DNA of 64,000 nucleotides from Verrucomicrobiales bacterium (GCA_031411295.1 JANOAV010000215.1:1-64000), one strand, 5' to 3'; shown: positions 20,395 through 30,611, counted from the stretch's first letter. Program-made: numbers and translations. The notes: generated by a model not told the origin, from the sequence alone.

Positions 20395-21528
20395 ATGCAA
20401 GAAACCGAACGCAATCAAATCACACCCGCCACCCCGTCCGAACCTTCCCCGAAGGCTCCGGAGGCCAGCCCGTGGCTGATTCGCATCGACGTCAATTTCG
20501 AAAGCCTGGCCGACGAAATTTTGAACTCCTTCGGGGCCATCTCCTGCGCCCGCTTGGGGGAAGAATATTATTTGATCAAAACCTACATTCCCGAAGCCGT
20601 GCGGGAATCCACCGCCGCGCAATTTGCCCGCTGGAACATGCCCGTGGAGCACAGTTGGCCCTGCAATCCCGCCCGGATGGATGGCTTCATCGAGAAGGCC
20701 GCCCAGGCCATGTGGAAGAAATTCGGTCCCCGCAAACCTCAGTCCATTCTGATGGGGCCCTTGGTGCCCGGTTCGCGCGATCCCTACTACAAAGACTTGG
20801 CGTCCAACCTCCGCGGTCGCACCCTGCAACTCTTCCCGCCCTCCAAAGTGAAACTCGTGGAAGATCAGGCGGTGGACAAGCCCACCCTCTTCGCCCTCGT
20901 CGGCCGGGAGGGGTTATTCTGCGGCATGCAAAGCCCCCGCGCCTGCAATGGCTTCTATCCAGGTGGCAGCCGCTTCATCAGCCTCTCCAGCCCCGGCACC
21001 ATCAGTCGGGCCGGTGGTAAGATTGCCGAAGCCCTCCACTACCTGCGGCTTTACCGCCCGGCCCTGCCGGAAGAGAGTCACTGGTTGGAACTCGGCGCCT
21101 GCCCCGGCGGTATGACCTCAGAATTGCTCGCCAAAGGCTTCCGCGTGACCGCTATTGATCGCGCCGCCCTCGACAAACGCGTCTTGAAGCACCCCAATTG
21201 TGAATTTATCCAAGCCGATGTCCTCGAATTCACCCCGCCCAACGGGGCCAGCTACGACGCCATCCTCTGCGACATGAACGGCCCACCGCATGAAGCCATG
21301 CAACAAGTCGTGCGGCTTGCCAAAAACCTCCGCCGCACTGGCCTCGTCGTGTTCACGCTGAAATTCTCCCGCGTGGAACGCGTGCAGGATCCGCTAACAC
21401 TCTTCAAGAACCTGGTGAAACTGGCCGCCGAGGGTGGTCTGAAACTCTTTGCCCAGACCCACCTAACCTACAACGGATACGAGTTCACTTTGTTTTTTGA
21501 GAAGGGCCGCCCGGGCCAGTCCAGCTAA
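20395..21528 (+). CDS. FtsJ-like rRNA 2'-O-methyltransferase, RlmM-like
   Basis: SRAGGKIAEA, LELGACPGGMT, CDM, TLK, terminal E (K-D-K-E tetrad). Confidence 0.8.
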   Translation: MQETERNQITPATPSEPSPKAPEASPWLIRIDVNFESLADEILNSFGAISCARLGEEYYLIKTYIPEAVRESTAAQFARWNMPVEHSWPCNPARMDGFIEKAAQAMWKKFGPRKPQSILMGPLVPGSRDPYYKDLASNLRGRTLQLFPPSKVKLVEDQAVDKPTLFALVGREGLFCGMQSPRACNGFYPGGSRFISLSSPGTISRAGGKIAEALHYLRLYRPALPEESHWLELGACPGGMTSELLAKGFRVTAIDRAALDKRVLKHPNCEFIQADVLEFTPPNGASYDAILCDMNGPPHEAMQQVVRLAKNLRRTGLVVFTLKFSRVERVQDPLTLFKNLVKLAAEGGLKLFAQTHLTYNGYEFTLFFEKGRPGQSS

Positions 21529-21551
21529 CGTCCTCCCCTCGCCCCGTCAAG

Positions 21552-22331
21552 ATGCTCCGCTACCTCCAACAAGCATTTCTGGTCAAACAACGCATTCCCT
21601 TGCTGGGTGCGGTCCCCATCAATTTTCTCCTCCTGGCCGCCACCGCCGTTTTGGGCCTGGCTCATCCTGCGTTTTGGTTGTTGGGATTGGGGGCGGAAGT
21701 CGCCTTGCTTTGGGCCTTGGTGGGGAATCGTCGCTTCCGCAATCTCGTGGATGCCGAAGCATTACAATCCACCCAAGCCGCCACCGACGATGCCCACGAA
21801 GCCTTGGAAACGCAACTCGAGCCCCCAGCTCAGCAGCAGTTAACCACACTGCGGGCCACCCTCAATCGCATTGAAGCGGACTACGATAAATTTGCCCCCA
21901 GCGATCCCACGGCTCAGGAAAATTTGCGCAACCTGCAAGAGTTGGAGGGATGCTATTTAAAACTCCTGCTAGCCCGCCAACATCTCGATTCCAACGCCCA
22001 GCCGGAAGCCATCCTGCAGCAGTTGGCAGAATTGGAACAAGCTCTGGCGGCCCCCAAACTCCCTCCCGCCCTGCGCGCCAGCAAAGAGGCCACCCGCAGC
22101 CTGTTGCAACGTCGCCTCACTGCACTGGAACAACGCTCCGCCACCCGGGCTGAAATCGAAAGCGACCTCACCCGCATCGAAGCCCAAGTGCACCTGGCCG
22201 CCGATGCCGCCGCCGTGCATGCGAAACCAGCGTCATTAACCTTCGACCTCGACTTCGCCAGCCGCATGATCACCCATCCTGAACTCTACGGTGGACCGCC
22301 GTCAACTGAGGCATTTGAGTCGGAAAAATAG
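21552..22331 (+). CDS. Hypothetical protein, N-terminal TM hairpin and long coiled coil
   Basis: Two TM helices then heptad-rich helices. Confidence 0.7.
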   Translation: MLRYLQQAFLVKQRIPLLGAVPINFLLLAATAVLGLAHPAFWLLGLGAEVALLWALVGNRRFRNLVDAEALQSTQAATDDAHEALETQLEPPAQQQLTTLRATLNRIEADYDKFAPSDPTAQENLRNLQELEGCYLKLLLARQHLDSNAQPEAILQQLAELEQALAAPKLPPALRASKEATRSLLQRRLTALEQRSATRAEIESDLTRIEAQVHLAADAAAVHAKPASLTFDLDFASRMITHPELYGGPPSTEAFESEK

Positions 22332-22349
22332 ATCCCACCGCCAATTTCA

Positions 22350-24116
22350 TCACGCCTTCGACCCTGGCACCTGTGAGGTCTGAGCAGCACCCGGCAATTG
22401 CCTGGACCTGCGTTCCTGGCGATGCAGCACCAGCAGCCAAACGGTGAGAATTGTCAACATGCCCTGCCAGAAAGCAAAGGCTCTGGGCCCCGCCAAATGA
22501 ATGGCTCCATGATCTCCCAAACCATCAGGAATCACCGTGCTGACGGCGTTGGTGGGAGCCAGCAGGGGTGAGGCGGAAGTGATCCAAACGCTCGCCACGG
22601 AAAGGTTCTTGTCGGCCATGGCCATGACCGAGGAGACCAGGATGGGCACCACCCCGGCAAAGATAACCGCCAGAAATAGCCCCTTCGCCCCCTTGAGTTC
22701 GTAAAGCAAAACACTGGTGAGGCCAGCGGTGAGCAACACCAACCCAAACACCCATGGAGTCCACGCCGGGAGGAATTGCCCAGGGAACCAATGCGAGCCA
22801 ATCACCTTCTGGGCAAACATATTCCAACCCGCCGCACCCACGATGGCCATGATCGCCACGAACCACACAGCGGAAGCTTCATCCCCCAGTCGCGAGACCC
22901 GATGGGCGCCCAACTTGGCGAGTCGTCGGGAGCCCAACTCCTGAGTTTCCTTGGCCGGGGCGATGAGCAGCGCCAACAGCACCATGACCAGCAGGGTCAC
23001 GGTGCCGTAAATGCTGATAGTTAGGATCGCTTCAGGTAACGATGGTGACCAGTTGAAAAGCGTGCGCTGGCCCAAGCGGAACATGGCTCCCAGCCGTTGG
23101 GAGACGAACAACTGCCCGGAGGAAACCAGCGGCAGCGAGCAACCCAGCAGCACAATTTGAATCCAGACACACATCCCCGTGGCCCAAGCCTTGCCCAAGA
23201 GGTGCGATTCTGCCCGATACCACCGACGCCACAGCATCACGACAAAGGTCACACACCACACCAGTTGCGAAAAGATCGTGAAGGCCGCTTCCGGCAAATC
23301 AAGGTTGAAGAAGCGGGCTTTACCCATCAGATTTTGGGCCGTTTTCATGGCGGCTCCGGCGGTTTCCGGCATGAAGCCGTGGGCCGTTTCCGTGATCACC
23401 GGCCAGATGGTTAGGTAATCGAAATACACCAACCCAAATTTCCCCAACTGGGGCACTACCGAGTAAAGTAGAAACACGCCACCCATGGAAACGAGGAATG
23501 CCCAGCGTCGATTCTTCAGCACCGTTCCCGCCGTTAGTCCCGTCAGGTGATAGAGCACCGCCGCCGTAATCACCACGGCATAAAGCGGCACCCAATACTC
23601 CGCCGCCACCTGTCCCTTCCACAAGCTCCAAGCCGTAAACGGAAGCGTGGCGGCAAACATAATCCATTCCCGAATCGGCAGGCCAAACAGGTAACCCAAC
23701 ACTTTGGCCAGCGGTGTCATGGGAGACAGCCTAACGTAGTCCATGGTCTTCTCATCGGCGTCTGCCGTCATGCCGCCAGCCACTTGGCCGGTGGCGATGA
23801 TGAAGATGATCAACCCTTGAATCCCCAACAGGAAAAAGAACGGAACCCGCTCGACATCCGACATCTTGGGCTCGTGGTATTCCATCACGAACTGCTGATT
23901 CGGCCCCTGCTTCCACGTGCGCCCCATTTCACTTTTAGCCACGGTGCGGCTCATCGCGAAAGCAAAACCCGCCACGAGCACCGTAATTAACAAGGCCACG
24001 CCCAACGCCCGAGGGCGCAGACGGGTGCGACAATAGCGTCTGAAAATCGGGTTACGCCAAAGTTTCCAGGCTGGAGCCGGGCCTGCCGCAATTAGCGCTG
24101 ATGCCATTTCGTTCAT
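22350..24116 (-). CDS. ABC-2 type permease-like polytopic membrane protein
   Basis: NPIFRRY..RLR, KTMDYVRLSP motif, many TM; ATGA overlap with ATPase gene. Confidence 0.8.
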   Translation of the reverse strand: MNEMASALIAAGPAPAWKLWRNPIFRRYCRTRLRPRALGVALLITVLVAGFAFAMSRTVAKSEMGRTWKQGPNQQFVMEYHEPKMSDVERVPFFFLLGIQGLIIFIIATGQVAGGMTADADEKTMDYVRLSPMTPLAKVLGYLFGLPIREWIMFAATLPFTAWSLWKGQVAAEYWVPLYAVVITAAVLYHLTGLTAGTVLKNRRWAFLVSMGGVFLLYSVVPQLGKFGLVYFDYLTIWPVITETAHGFMPETAGAAMKTAQNLMGKARFFNLDLPEAAFTIFSQLVWCVTFVVMLWRRWYRAESHLLGKAWATGMCVWIQIVLLGCSLPLVSSGQLFVSQRLGAMFRLGQRTLFNWSPSLPEAILTISIYGTVTLLVMVLLALLIAPAKETQELGSRRLAKLGAHRVSRLGDEASAVWFVAIMAIVGAAGWNMFAQKVIGSHWFPGQFLPAWTPWVFGLVLLTAGLTSVLLYELKGAKGLFLAVIFAGVVPILVSSVMAMADKNLSVASVWITSASPLLAPTNAVSTVIPDGLGDHGAIHLAGPRAFAFWQGMLTILTVWLLVLHRQERRSRQLPGAAQTSQVPGSKA

Positions 24117-25060
24117 TGGTTTTCCTCCGCTACGCTGATCAGAATATCTTCAAAACTGGATTTCCGTTCCTCGCAGACACTGACGCGGAATCCTTCCTGG
24201 AACAAGCTTTCCAACAGGTCTGCCTGTTCGTCCTGACTCCCCGCAAACGCCAGCGAAATGCGTTCGGCCTGGCATTCCAAACTGCGGACATGCGGTCGGT
24301 TCCGCAGCCAGGCTGCCGCTTCCTCCCGCCGGGTCACGACCCCAATCAGGAGCGTTCGCTCGGATCTTCCTAACACAGACCGCACCTCGTCCGCGGTGCC
24401 GGAGGCCAACAATGCGCCGCGATTCATCACGCAAAGGGAAGTGCACATTTCCGACAGTTCGCTGAGGATGTGGGAGCTGACAAAAATGGCGGTGCCTTGC
24501 GCGGCCAGCTCCCGCAGTGTCAGCCTGAGGTTACGCCGGGAAAGAGGATCCATCCCGCTGGCGGGTTCGTCCAAAATCATCACCTTGGGCCGGTGCAACA
24601 ACGTGCGCGCCAAGACCAGACGCTGCGTTTGTCCGCGCGAGAGGGATTTGCACATCGCCTGTTTGCGATCCTCCAGTTGCACCATTTCCAGGCATTCTTC
24701 CCAGCGGGCCTTGCGTTCCGCAGCCCCACCACCCAGAAACGATTCACAACTGAAGTCGAGAAATTCCCACACTTTCATATCCGATGGCACCGGGGCTAGA
24801 TCCGGCATGTAACCAAGGATGCGACGCGCCTCCTCCGGGGCCTCAAAGATGTCGATGCCGGACAACTTCACGCTGCCATAAGTGGGAGTTTGCAGCGTCG
24901 CGAGCACCCGGAGCGTGCTCGTTTTCCCCGCTCCGTTCGGCCCCACCAGACCGAAGATTTCCCCCGCTGGGACAGAAAGCGTGAGATCATTCACGGCCAC
25001 GAAATTTCCGTAGTCCACACGAAGTTCGTGAATATCGATGGCAGGAGTAGGGGTTGTCAT
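24113..25060 (-). CDS. ABC transporter ATP-binding protein
   Basis: GPNGAGKT, LSRGQ, ILDEP, SSH. Confidence 0.95.
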   Translation of the reverse strand: MTTPTPAIDIHELRVDYGNFVAVNDLTLSVPAGEIFGLVGPNGAGKTSTLRVLATLQTPTYGSVKLSGIDIFEAPEEARRILGYMPDLAPVPSDMKVWEFLDFSCESFLGGGAAERKARWEECLEMVQLEDRKQAMCKSLSRGQTQRLVLARTLLHRPKVMILDEPASGMDPLSRRNLRLTLRELAAQGTAIFVSSHILSELSEMCTSLCVMNRGALLASGTADEVRSVLGRSERTLLIGVVTRREEAAAWLRNRPHVRSLECQAERISLAFAGSQDEQADLLESLFQEGFRVSVCEERKSSFEDILISVAEENQ

Positions 25061-25127
25061 ACGTCGTGGGGTGGACTGTGGCGGGAATTGCGGCCGTGGA
25101 CAATGGTAAAATTGATGGAATCGCAGC

Positions 25128-25261
25128 GGCGGATTTTTGCACGGAGGTGGTAATGCGCTGCTGCGCGTTACCGTAGGGGGAAAGTTTAGTGACGCGGCGC
25201 AGCGCGTCACCACCGGAAAACATGTTGATGATCAATAACTTACGTCGTGCAAAAATCCGCC
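25128..25261. mobile_element. MITE/REPIN-like non-autonomous element
   Basis: Perfect 16-bp inverted repeats GGCGGATTTTTGCACG (25128-25143) / CGTGCAAAAATCCGCC (25246-25261); 14-bp direct repeats TGATGGAATCGCAG at 25113-25126 and 25263-25276. Confidence 0.7.
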
Positions 25262-25319
25262 ATGATGGAATCGCAGAACGGTGGGGATAGTCGTTGATTT
25301 TGTCGGCAGGACTTACACA

Positions 25320-26132
25320 ATGGAGGCCATGTTTCCTGCTCCACTAACCGGACAAGTCATTGTCGTCATTGGCGGCACCACCGGACTCGGTTTCTCCGCC
25401 GCGCAAGCGATCCTTGCTGCGGGGGCCACGGGCGTGGTGATTACAGGGCGCAATCCGGAGAGTGTGGCTACGGCCTTGGAAACATTGGGAGAGCAGGCGG
25501 CAGCAGTCACGGGAGATGCTTGCGATCCTGCTCATGCGGAGGCGGCCATCGCCTTGGCCGGGCAGCGCTTTGGCGGCTTTCATGGGCTCTATCATGTGGC
25601 GGGTGGGAGTGGGCGGAGGCTGGGGGACGGTCCACTGCATGAGGTGACGGACGGCGGGGTGCACGGCACGTTGGCGCTCAATTTAGAATCGCTGATTTTC
25701 TCCAATCGAGCCGCAGTTCGGCAATTCTTGCAACAAGGGTCCGGGGGATCGATTTTAAATTTGGGATCCGTGTTAGGATCACGACCGTCGCCCCATTTTT
25801 TCGCCACTCATGTCTATGCGGCAGCGAAGTCAGCGGTGGTTGGTTTAACCCAATCCATTGCCAGTTACTATGCGCCGCAAGGCATCCGGGCGAACGTGCT
25901 GGCACCGGGATTGGTGGAGACGCCGATGGCGCAGCGGGCCGCTGGCGACGCTGCGATTCTGGCTTTCGTAAGATCGAAGCAACCGCTGGAGGGCGGTCGC
26001 ATCGGCCAGCCTTCGGATCTGGATGCGGCCGCAGTGTATTTTCTTTCGCCAGGTTCAGCCTACACCACCGGCCAAGTGTTGGCGGTGGATGGTGGGTGGT
26101 CCGTTTCTGAAGGGCAAATCCCAACGGCATGA
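25320..26132 (+). CDS. Short-chain dehydrogenase/reductase
   Basis: GGTTGLG, YAAAK, NVLAPG, VDGG. Confidence 0.93.
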   Translation: MEAMFPAPLTGQVIVVIGGTTGLGFSAAQAILAAGATGVVITGRNPESVATALETLGEQAAAVTGDACDPAHAEAAIALAGQRFGGFHGLYHVAGGSGRRLGDGPLHEVTDGGVHGTLALNLESLIFSNRAAVRQFLQQGSGGSILNLGSVLGSRPSPHFFATHVYAAAKSAVVGLTQSIASYYAPQGIRANVLAPGLVETPMAQRAAGDAAILAFVRSKQPLEGGRIGQPSDLDAAAVYFLSPGSAYTTGQVLAVDGGWSVSEGQIPTA

Positions 26133-27034
26133 GTGACTTTACGAGCAGCTATATTTTAGGATTGGATCTCGGCGGGAGCCGGTTGAAAGCCATCGCGCTC
26201 ACGTTGGATGGCGTGGAAATAAGCCGTGCCACGACACCGACCAACACCGCCGATTGGCAGCCAGCAGTGCTTGCCTGTGTGGGGGAAATGATCGCCCAAC
26301 TCGGCCCGCCGCGGGCCATCGGAGCCGCGGCACCGGGATTGGCGGCAGCCGATGAGCGCAGCATCCGTCATATGCCAGGGCGACTGCCAGGGCTGGAGGG
26401 ATTAAATTGGACGAGCTTTCTCAACGCGGCCACGCCCGTGCCGATCTTGAATGATGCGCATGCGGCGTTGTTAGGCGAAGTCTGGTTGGGCGCAGCCCGG
26501 GGCGTAAAGAACGTTTTCCTGCTGACGTTAGGGACCGGGGTGGGCGGGGCCGTGCTGTGCGATGGCAGACTGTTGCGCGGCCACCTGGGGCGGGCGGGGC
26601 ATCTGGGGCACATCACAGTGGATGCGGGCGGGACGTTGGACATTGTGAACACGCCGGGCAGTCTGGAAGATGCCGTGAGCAATCATTCGCTGGGAGCCCG
26701 GACGGGAGGGCGTTATACTTCCACGGCGGAATTGATTGCGGATGTGACTTCCGGCCACCCGGAAGCCTGCGCCATCTGGAGTCTGACGATCCGTGATCTG
26801 GCGGCCGGGATGGTTTCGCTGATCAACGTGTTGGATCCGGAAATGATCGTCGTGGGCGGGGGGATTGCGGAAGCCGGGGACGTGTTGTTGCTGCCGCTGG
26901 CATCTGAACTTGACCGCTGCGAATGGCGGCCCCAAGGACACCGTGTGAAAATTTCCCGCGCCACGTTAGGCGATTGGGCGGGCGCCCATGGTGCCGCCTA
27001 TCATGCTTTGCAACATTTACCTCCTCATTCATGA
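26129..27034 (+). CDS. ROK family sugar kinase
   Basis: LDLGGS, NDAHAA..GE, TLGTGVGG, VVGGG. Confidence 0.92.
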   Translation: MSDFTSSYILGLDLGGSRLKAIALTLDGVEISRATTPTNTADWQPAVLACVGEMIAQLGPPRAIGAAAPGLAAADERSIRHMPGRLPGLEGLNWTSFLNAATPVPILNDAHAALLGEVWLGAARGVKNVFLLTLGTGVGGAVLCDGRLLRGHLGRAGHLGHITVDAGGTLDIVNTPGSLEDAVSNHSLGARTGGRYTSTAELIADVTSGHPEACAIWSLTIRDLAAGMVSLINVLDPEMIVVGGGIAEAGDVLLLPLASELDRCEWRPQGHRVKISRATLGDWAGAHGAAYHALQHLPPHS

Positions 27035-27816
27035 CCCCCACCGCTGATTTCCTGAACCATTCCCGTGCTATCCTCGAGCGCGTTGCCGCCCAAGAGGCCC
27101 TCATTCAACAAGCCGCCGATTGGTTCACGCAGACGATCCTGACCGGCCGCATGGTGCATGTCTTTGGCTCCGGCCATTCCCGGATGATGATTGAGGAAAT
27201 GTGGCCGCGCTACGGTTCCTTCCCCGGCTGGAATCCCATCGTGGAGTTGTCATTATCCTTCCACAACCTGGTGGTGGGAGCCAATGGCCAGCGTCAGGCG
27301 ATGTTTCTGGAAAATGTCAGCGGGCTGGCTCCGCGCATTCTGCGAAATTTCGCCCTGACCACCGATGATACCGCCCTGATCATTTCCTCCAGCGGATGCA
27401 ATGTGGTGCCGGTGGAAATGGCGGATGAATTCCAACAACGCGGCATCAAGGTCGTCGCGATTGTTAGTAAACTGCATCTGGATGCTTCCACGACGCGTCA
27501 TCCCGGCGGCAAGAAACTGACGGATTTTGCGGATCTGGTATTGGACACCGGTGCGCCCGTGGGGGATGCGATGATTTACGTCGAGGGCCTGGATACCCCG
27601 GTAGCACCAGGTTCCACGGTGGGGGGGTGTTTGTTGATCAACTCCTTGAAGGCGGAAGTAGCGCTGCGCCTAACTGCTGCAGGCCATCCTCCGAAGGTGC
27701 TGACGGGAGCTGTGGTGGTGGGCGCTGAGCGCGCCACGGAACTCTTCGAATCCGCCTACGACGAACATGCACATCGCTTGGCAAAATTGTATGCCACGGT
27801 CGGCAGCAACCCTTAA
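27031..27816 (+). CDS. SIS-domain sugar isomerase-like protein
   Basis: FGSGHS, ISSSGCN, GDA motifs; ATGA overlap. Confidence 0.88.
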   Translation: MTPTADFLNHSRAILERVAAQEALIQQAADWFTQTILTGRMVHVFGSGHSRMMIEEMWPRYGSFPGWNPIVELSLSFHNLVVGANGQRQAMFLENVSGLAPRILRNFALTTDDTALIISSSGCNVVPVEMADEFQQRGIKVVAIVSKLHLDASTTRHPGGKKLTDFADLVLDTGAPVGDAMIYVEGLDTPVAPGSTVGGCLLINSLKAEVALRLTAAGHPPKVLTGAVVVGAERATELFESAYDEHAHRLAKLYATVGSNP

Positions 27817-27847
27817 TTTCGCAAACTCAAACCCATCCAGTCACCTC

Positions 27848-28444
27848 ATGAAACGCTATCTCCTCGCACTGTTCAGTCTCTTAACCCTCAATCTCTCTGC
27901 TGCCGAGACTTGGCAATCCCTCTGGGATGGCAAATCCCTGGCTGGGTGGCATCCCATTGGGGAAGGCAACTGGAAGCTGGAGGATGGAGCCATTCATGCC
28001 ACGCATGCCGCTTCCCAGAAGGACTTCGGCCACCTCGTGAGCGATAAAATTTACGGAGACTTCACGATTCGTTTAAAATTCAAATCCCTCAAAGGCAACA
28101 GTGGGCTCTATTTCCGCGTGGAGGAAAAGGGCTTCAGCGGCGTGTCCGGGTTCCAAGCCGAAATCGATGCCACGAAGGATGTGGGCGGATTGTATGAAAC
28201 GAATGGTCGCTCCTGGGTCTCGCAACCGACGCCGGAGCAAGTGGCCACCTGGTTCAAACCTAACGACTGGAACGAAATGATCGTCAGCGCGAAAGGCGGC
28301 CACCTCACGGTGAAAATTAATGGCAAGGTTTCCGCTGATTTACCCAACGATCCCGGCCGCAAGGAAGGTCGCTTCGCCCTGCAAGTCCACGGCGGACAAG
28401 ACGTGGATGTCTGGTTCAAGGACATCGAAATCCAAGTTCCCTAG
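27848..28444 (+). CDS. DUF1080 / 3-keto-disaccharide hydrolase family, secreted
   Basis: LWDGKSLAGW, GNSGLYFR, WNEM, ALQVHGG..VWFKDI. Confidence 0.9.
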   Translation: MKRYLLALFSLLTLNLSAAETWQSLWDGKSLAGWHPIGEGNWKLEDGAIHATHAASQKDFGHLVSDKIYGDFTIRLKFKSLKGNSGLYFRVEEKGFSGVSGFQAEIDATKDVGGLYETNGRSWVSQPTPEQVATWFKPNDWNEMIVSAKGGHLTVKINGKVSADLPNDPGRKEGRFALQVHGGQDVDVWFKDIEIQVP

Positions 28445-28454
28445 CGCTTGCCAG

Positions 28455-29930
28455 ATGAAATTTACCCCGCGCAGAATCCTGCCCTTCCTGCTGCTGGCGG
28501 GCATGAATCTCTGCGCGGCAGGGCCAGTGGCAGATCCGCCGCATCCAAGCGATTACCTTCTACCCAAGCCAGCTCCTGCGGGACTGGAGCCGCTGGCACT
28601 GCCGGAATGGACCACCCCTGGTAAAGCGGAATCGCGGCAGTGGATTCAGACGGGGGTGAATTGGCTAACCGTGCTGGCCTGGGATGAAGCGGACCGCGCC
28701 TTTCGACTGGCTGAGCGCATCGAGCGGGATCCTTGGGCGACGTGGGGCCGGGGCATGGCGCGGTTGGATACGCTGCCGTTTGCGGCGGCATTTTTTCAAG
28801 AGGCAACGCGCCTGGCGAAACTCAACGGGACCGCTTCCGAGCAGGCGTTCTTCTCGGCGTGGCCGGATTTTGTCATCGCAGCGCGCAAGGGCGCTGTGGC
28901 AGAGGCACGGCGGGCACTCTTCAAGCAACTGCACGCGTTGGGAGATCAGCGCACCAGTGCGCGATTCGTTTTGGTGACGGAAATGTTGGTGCGATTGGAG
29001 GCCAATGATGCCGTCCGAGAAACTCCCACCACACCGCAAAGCCCCCCCAAGTTTCTGCCGTCGCAATGCGGTTGGTTGGAATTCCAGTGGTGGCAACGCC
29101 GGGCGGGCGGAAGTGTGGCCCTGCCGGAGATGCTAGCGCATGCGAAGGCTGCGGCCACGCCAGCAGTCTGGCGCTGGGCCGGGCAGGAAGTCGGGGGGAA
29201 TGACAAAGCCTGGTTCGACGAGGCCGCGTTGCGCCAACGCTTTCGCAATTTGGAAGGGAAGCCGATGGATTTCCTCTTTGCCCAGATGGGCCTGCGGAAG
29301 GAAGCGCTCGCGCTGTTGCCGCGCTTGGCCGCCAGTTCCAGAGCGGAGTTGACCCGCGGCCTGGAGTTGTTCCCCAGGTTTCCTGGTGCTCCAATTTCCG
29401 AGGCCGCGCCCGCCAGCGGAAATGGCGGCGGCGCACTGCCAGTCGGGGCACCAGACTTGGCCAACATTGGCCCGCTGCACTGGTCCTTACCAACGGCTCC
29501 ACCCGCTTTGTTGGATCGCTTGCCAGTGCTTGGGAAGGATCATCGCTGGAAGCTGGTGAATATTTATCTGGACGGGAATTGCCCTCGATGTCTGGGGCAA
29601 CTAACCGCCCTGGCTGGGCTTCACGAGTCATTCGTCAAAGCCAGCTGTGACATTGTTTGCATCGGCGGAGACACGGAGGAAACGGTGGTTCAGGTAAAGC
29701 CGACCACCGGGTCTGGTCTCACCGCGTTTCCCTTCCCCTTACTGGCCGATCCTAAACGCTTCGTTTCGACCGCGCTGGGTTGTCAGGATAACTTCACCCA
29801 GCTACCCTTGCACGGCACTTTCGTCTATGATCCAAGTGGCCAGCTGCGTTGGTGGCTGACGGGAGACCTGCCCTTTGAGGACCTCCCGTTTTTACTGACC
29901 GAACTAGCCCGACTCAAAAATGAGCGCTGA
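28455..29930 (+). CDS. Secreted TPR-like plus redoxin-domain protein
   Basis: Signal peptide; TPR-like N-region; CPRC, FPLLADP, HGTFVYD..G.LRW. Confidence 0.75.
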   Translation: MKFTPRRILPFLLLAGMNLCAAGPVADPPHPSDYLLPKPAPAGLEPLALPEWTTPGKAESRQWIQTGVNWLTVLAWDEADRAFRLAERIERDPWATWGRGMARLDTLPFAAAFFQEATRLAKLNGTASEQAFFSAWPDFVIAARKGAVAEARRALFKQLHALGDQRTSARFVLVTEMLVRLEANDAVRETPTTPQSPPKFLPSQCGWLEFQWWQRRAGGSVALPEMLAHAKAAATPAVWRWAGQEVGGNDKAWFDEAALRQRFRNLEGKPMDFLFAQMGLRKEALALLPRLAASSRAELTRGLELFPRFPGAPISEAAPASGNGGGALPVGAPDLANIGPLHWSLPTAPPALLDRLPVLGKDHRWKLVNIYLDGNCPRCLGQLTALAGLHESFVKASCDIVCIGGDTEETVVQVKPTTGSGLTAFPFPLLADPKRFVSTALGCQDNFTQLPLHGTFVYDPSGQLRWWLTGDLPFEDLPFLLTELARLKNER

Positions 29931-29947
29931 GCACTTTCGTTAATTTT

Positions 29948-30598
29948 ATGACCACCCCACCACTCGAAGATTTAGCCACCAACTGGGAACCATTGTTTGC
30001 ACAATGGCTCGTGGACCATGCGGTGGCAGATGCAGCTCATGACTTGGACCACATCCGGCGGGTGGTGACGAATGCGCGGCGGCTGGCCTTGGTGGAAGGA
30101 GCGGATTTGCTGGTGGTGATTCCTGCCGCTTGGTTGCACGATTGTGTAGTCGTGGCCAAGTCCTCGCCACAGCGCACGCAAGCTTCGCGATTGGCCGCCG
30201 CGCAAGCGCTCGCATGGCTGCGTGAAGCAGGCTGGCCGTATGAACGCTGGGAGGAAATATCCCATGCCATCGCAGCGCATAGTTTCTCCGCGCAAATTCC
30301 GCCGCTCTCCGTGGAGGCGCAGGTGGTGCAGGATGCAGACCGCTTGGACGCGCTGGGTGCCATCGGCCTGGCGCGCACGCTTTTCCTGGGACAGGAAATG
30401 CAGCGCACTTTCTACTCATCCGTCGATCCATTCTGCGAACAGCGACCGCCCGACGATGCCATCTACACTTTGGATCACCTCTATTCCAAGCTACTGACGC
30501 TGGAAGGAACGATGCAAACCGTTGCAGGCCGGGAGGAGGCCACAGTGCGCACGGAGTTTTTGCGGCTCTATCTCCGCCAACTGGCGCGCGAAGTATAA
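29948..30598 (+). CDS. HD-domain phosphohydrolase (YedJ-like)
   Basis: AHDLDHIRRV, WLHD, HSFS, QDADRLDALGAIG. Confidence 0.92.
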   Translation: MTTPPLEDLATNWEPLFAQWLVDHAVADAAHDLDHIRRVVTNARRLALVEGADLLVVIPAAWLHDCVVVAKSSPQRTQASRLAAAQALAWLREAGWPYERWEEISHAIAAHSFSAQIPPLSVEAQVVQDADRLDALGAIGLARTLFLGQEMQRTFYSSVDPFCEQRPPDDAIYTLDHLYSKLLTLEGTMQTVAGREEATVRTEFLRLYLRQLAREV

Positions 30599-30611
30599 CC
30601 CAAAAGCATTG

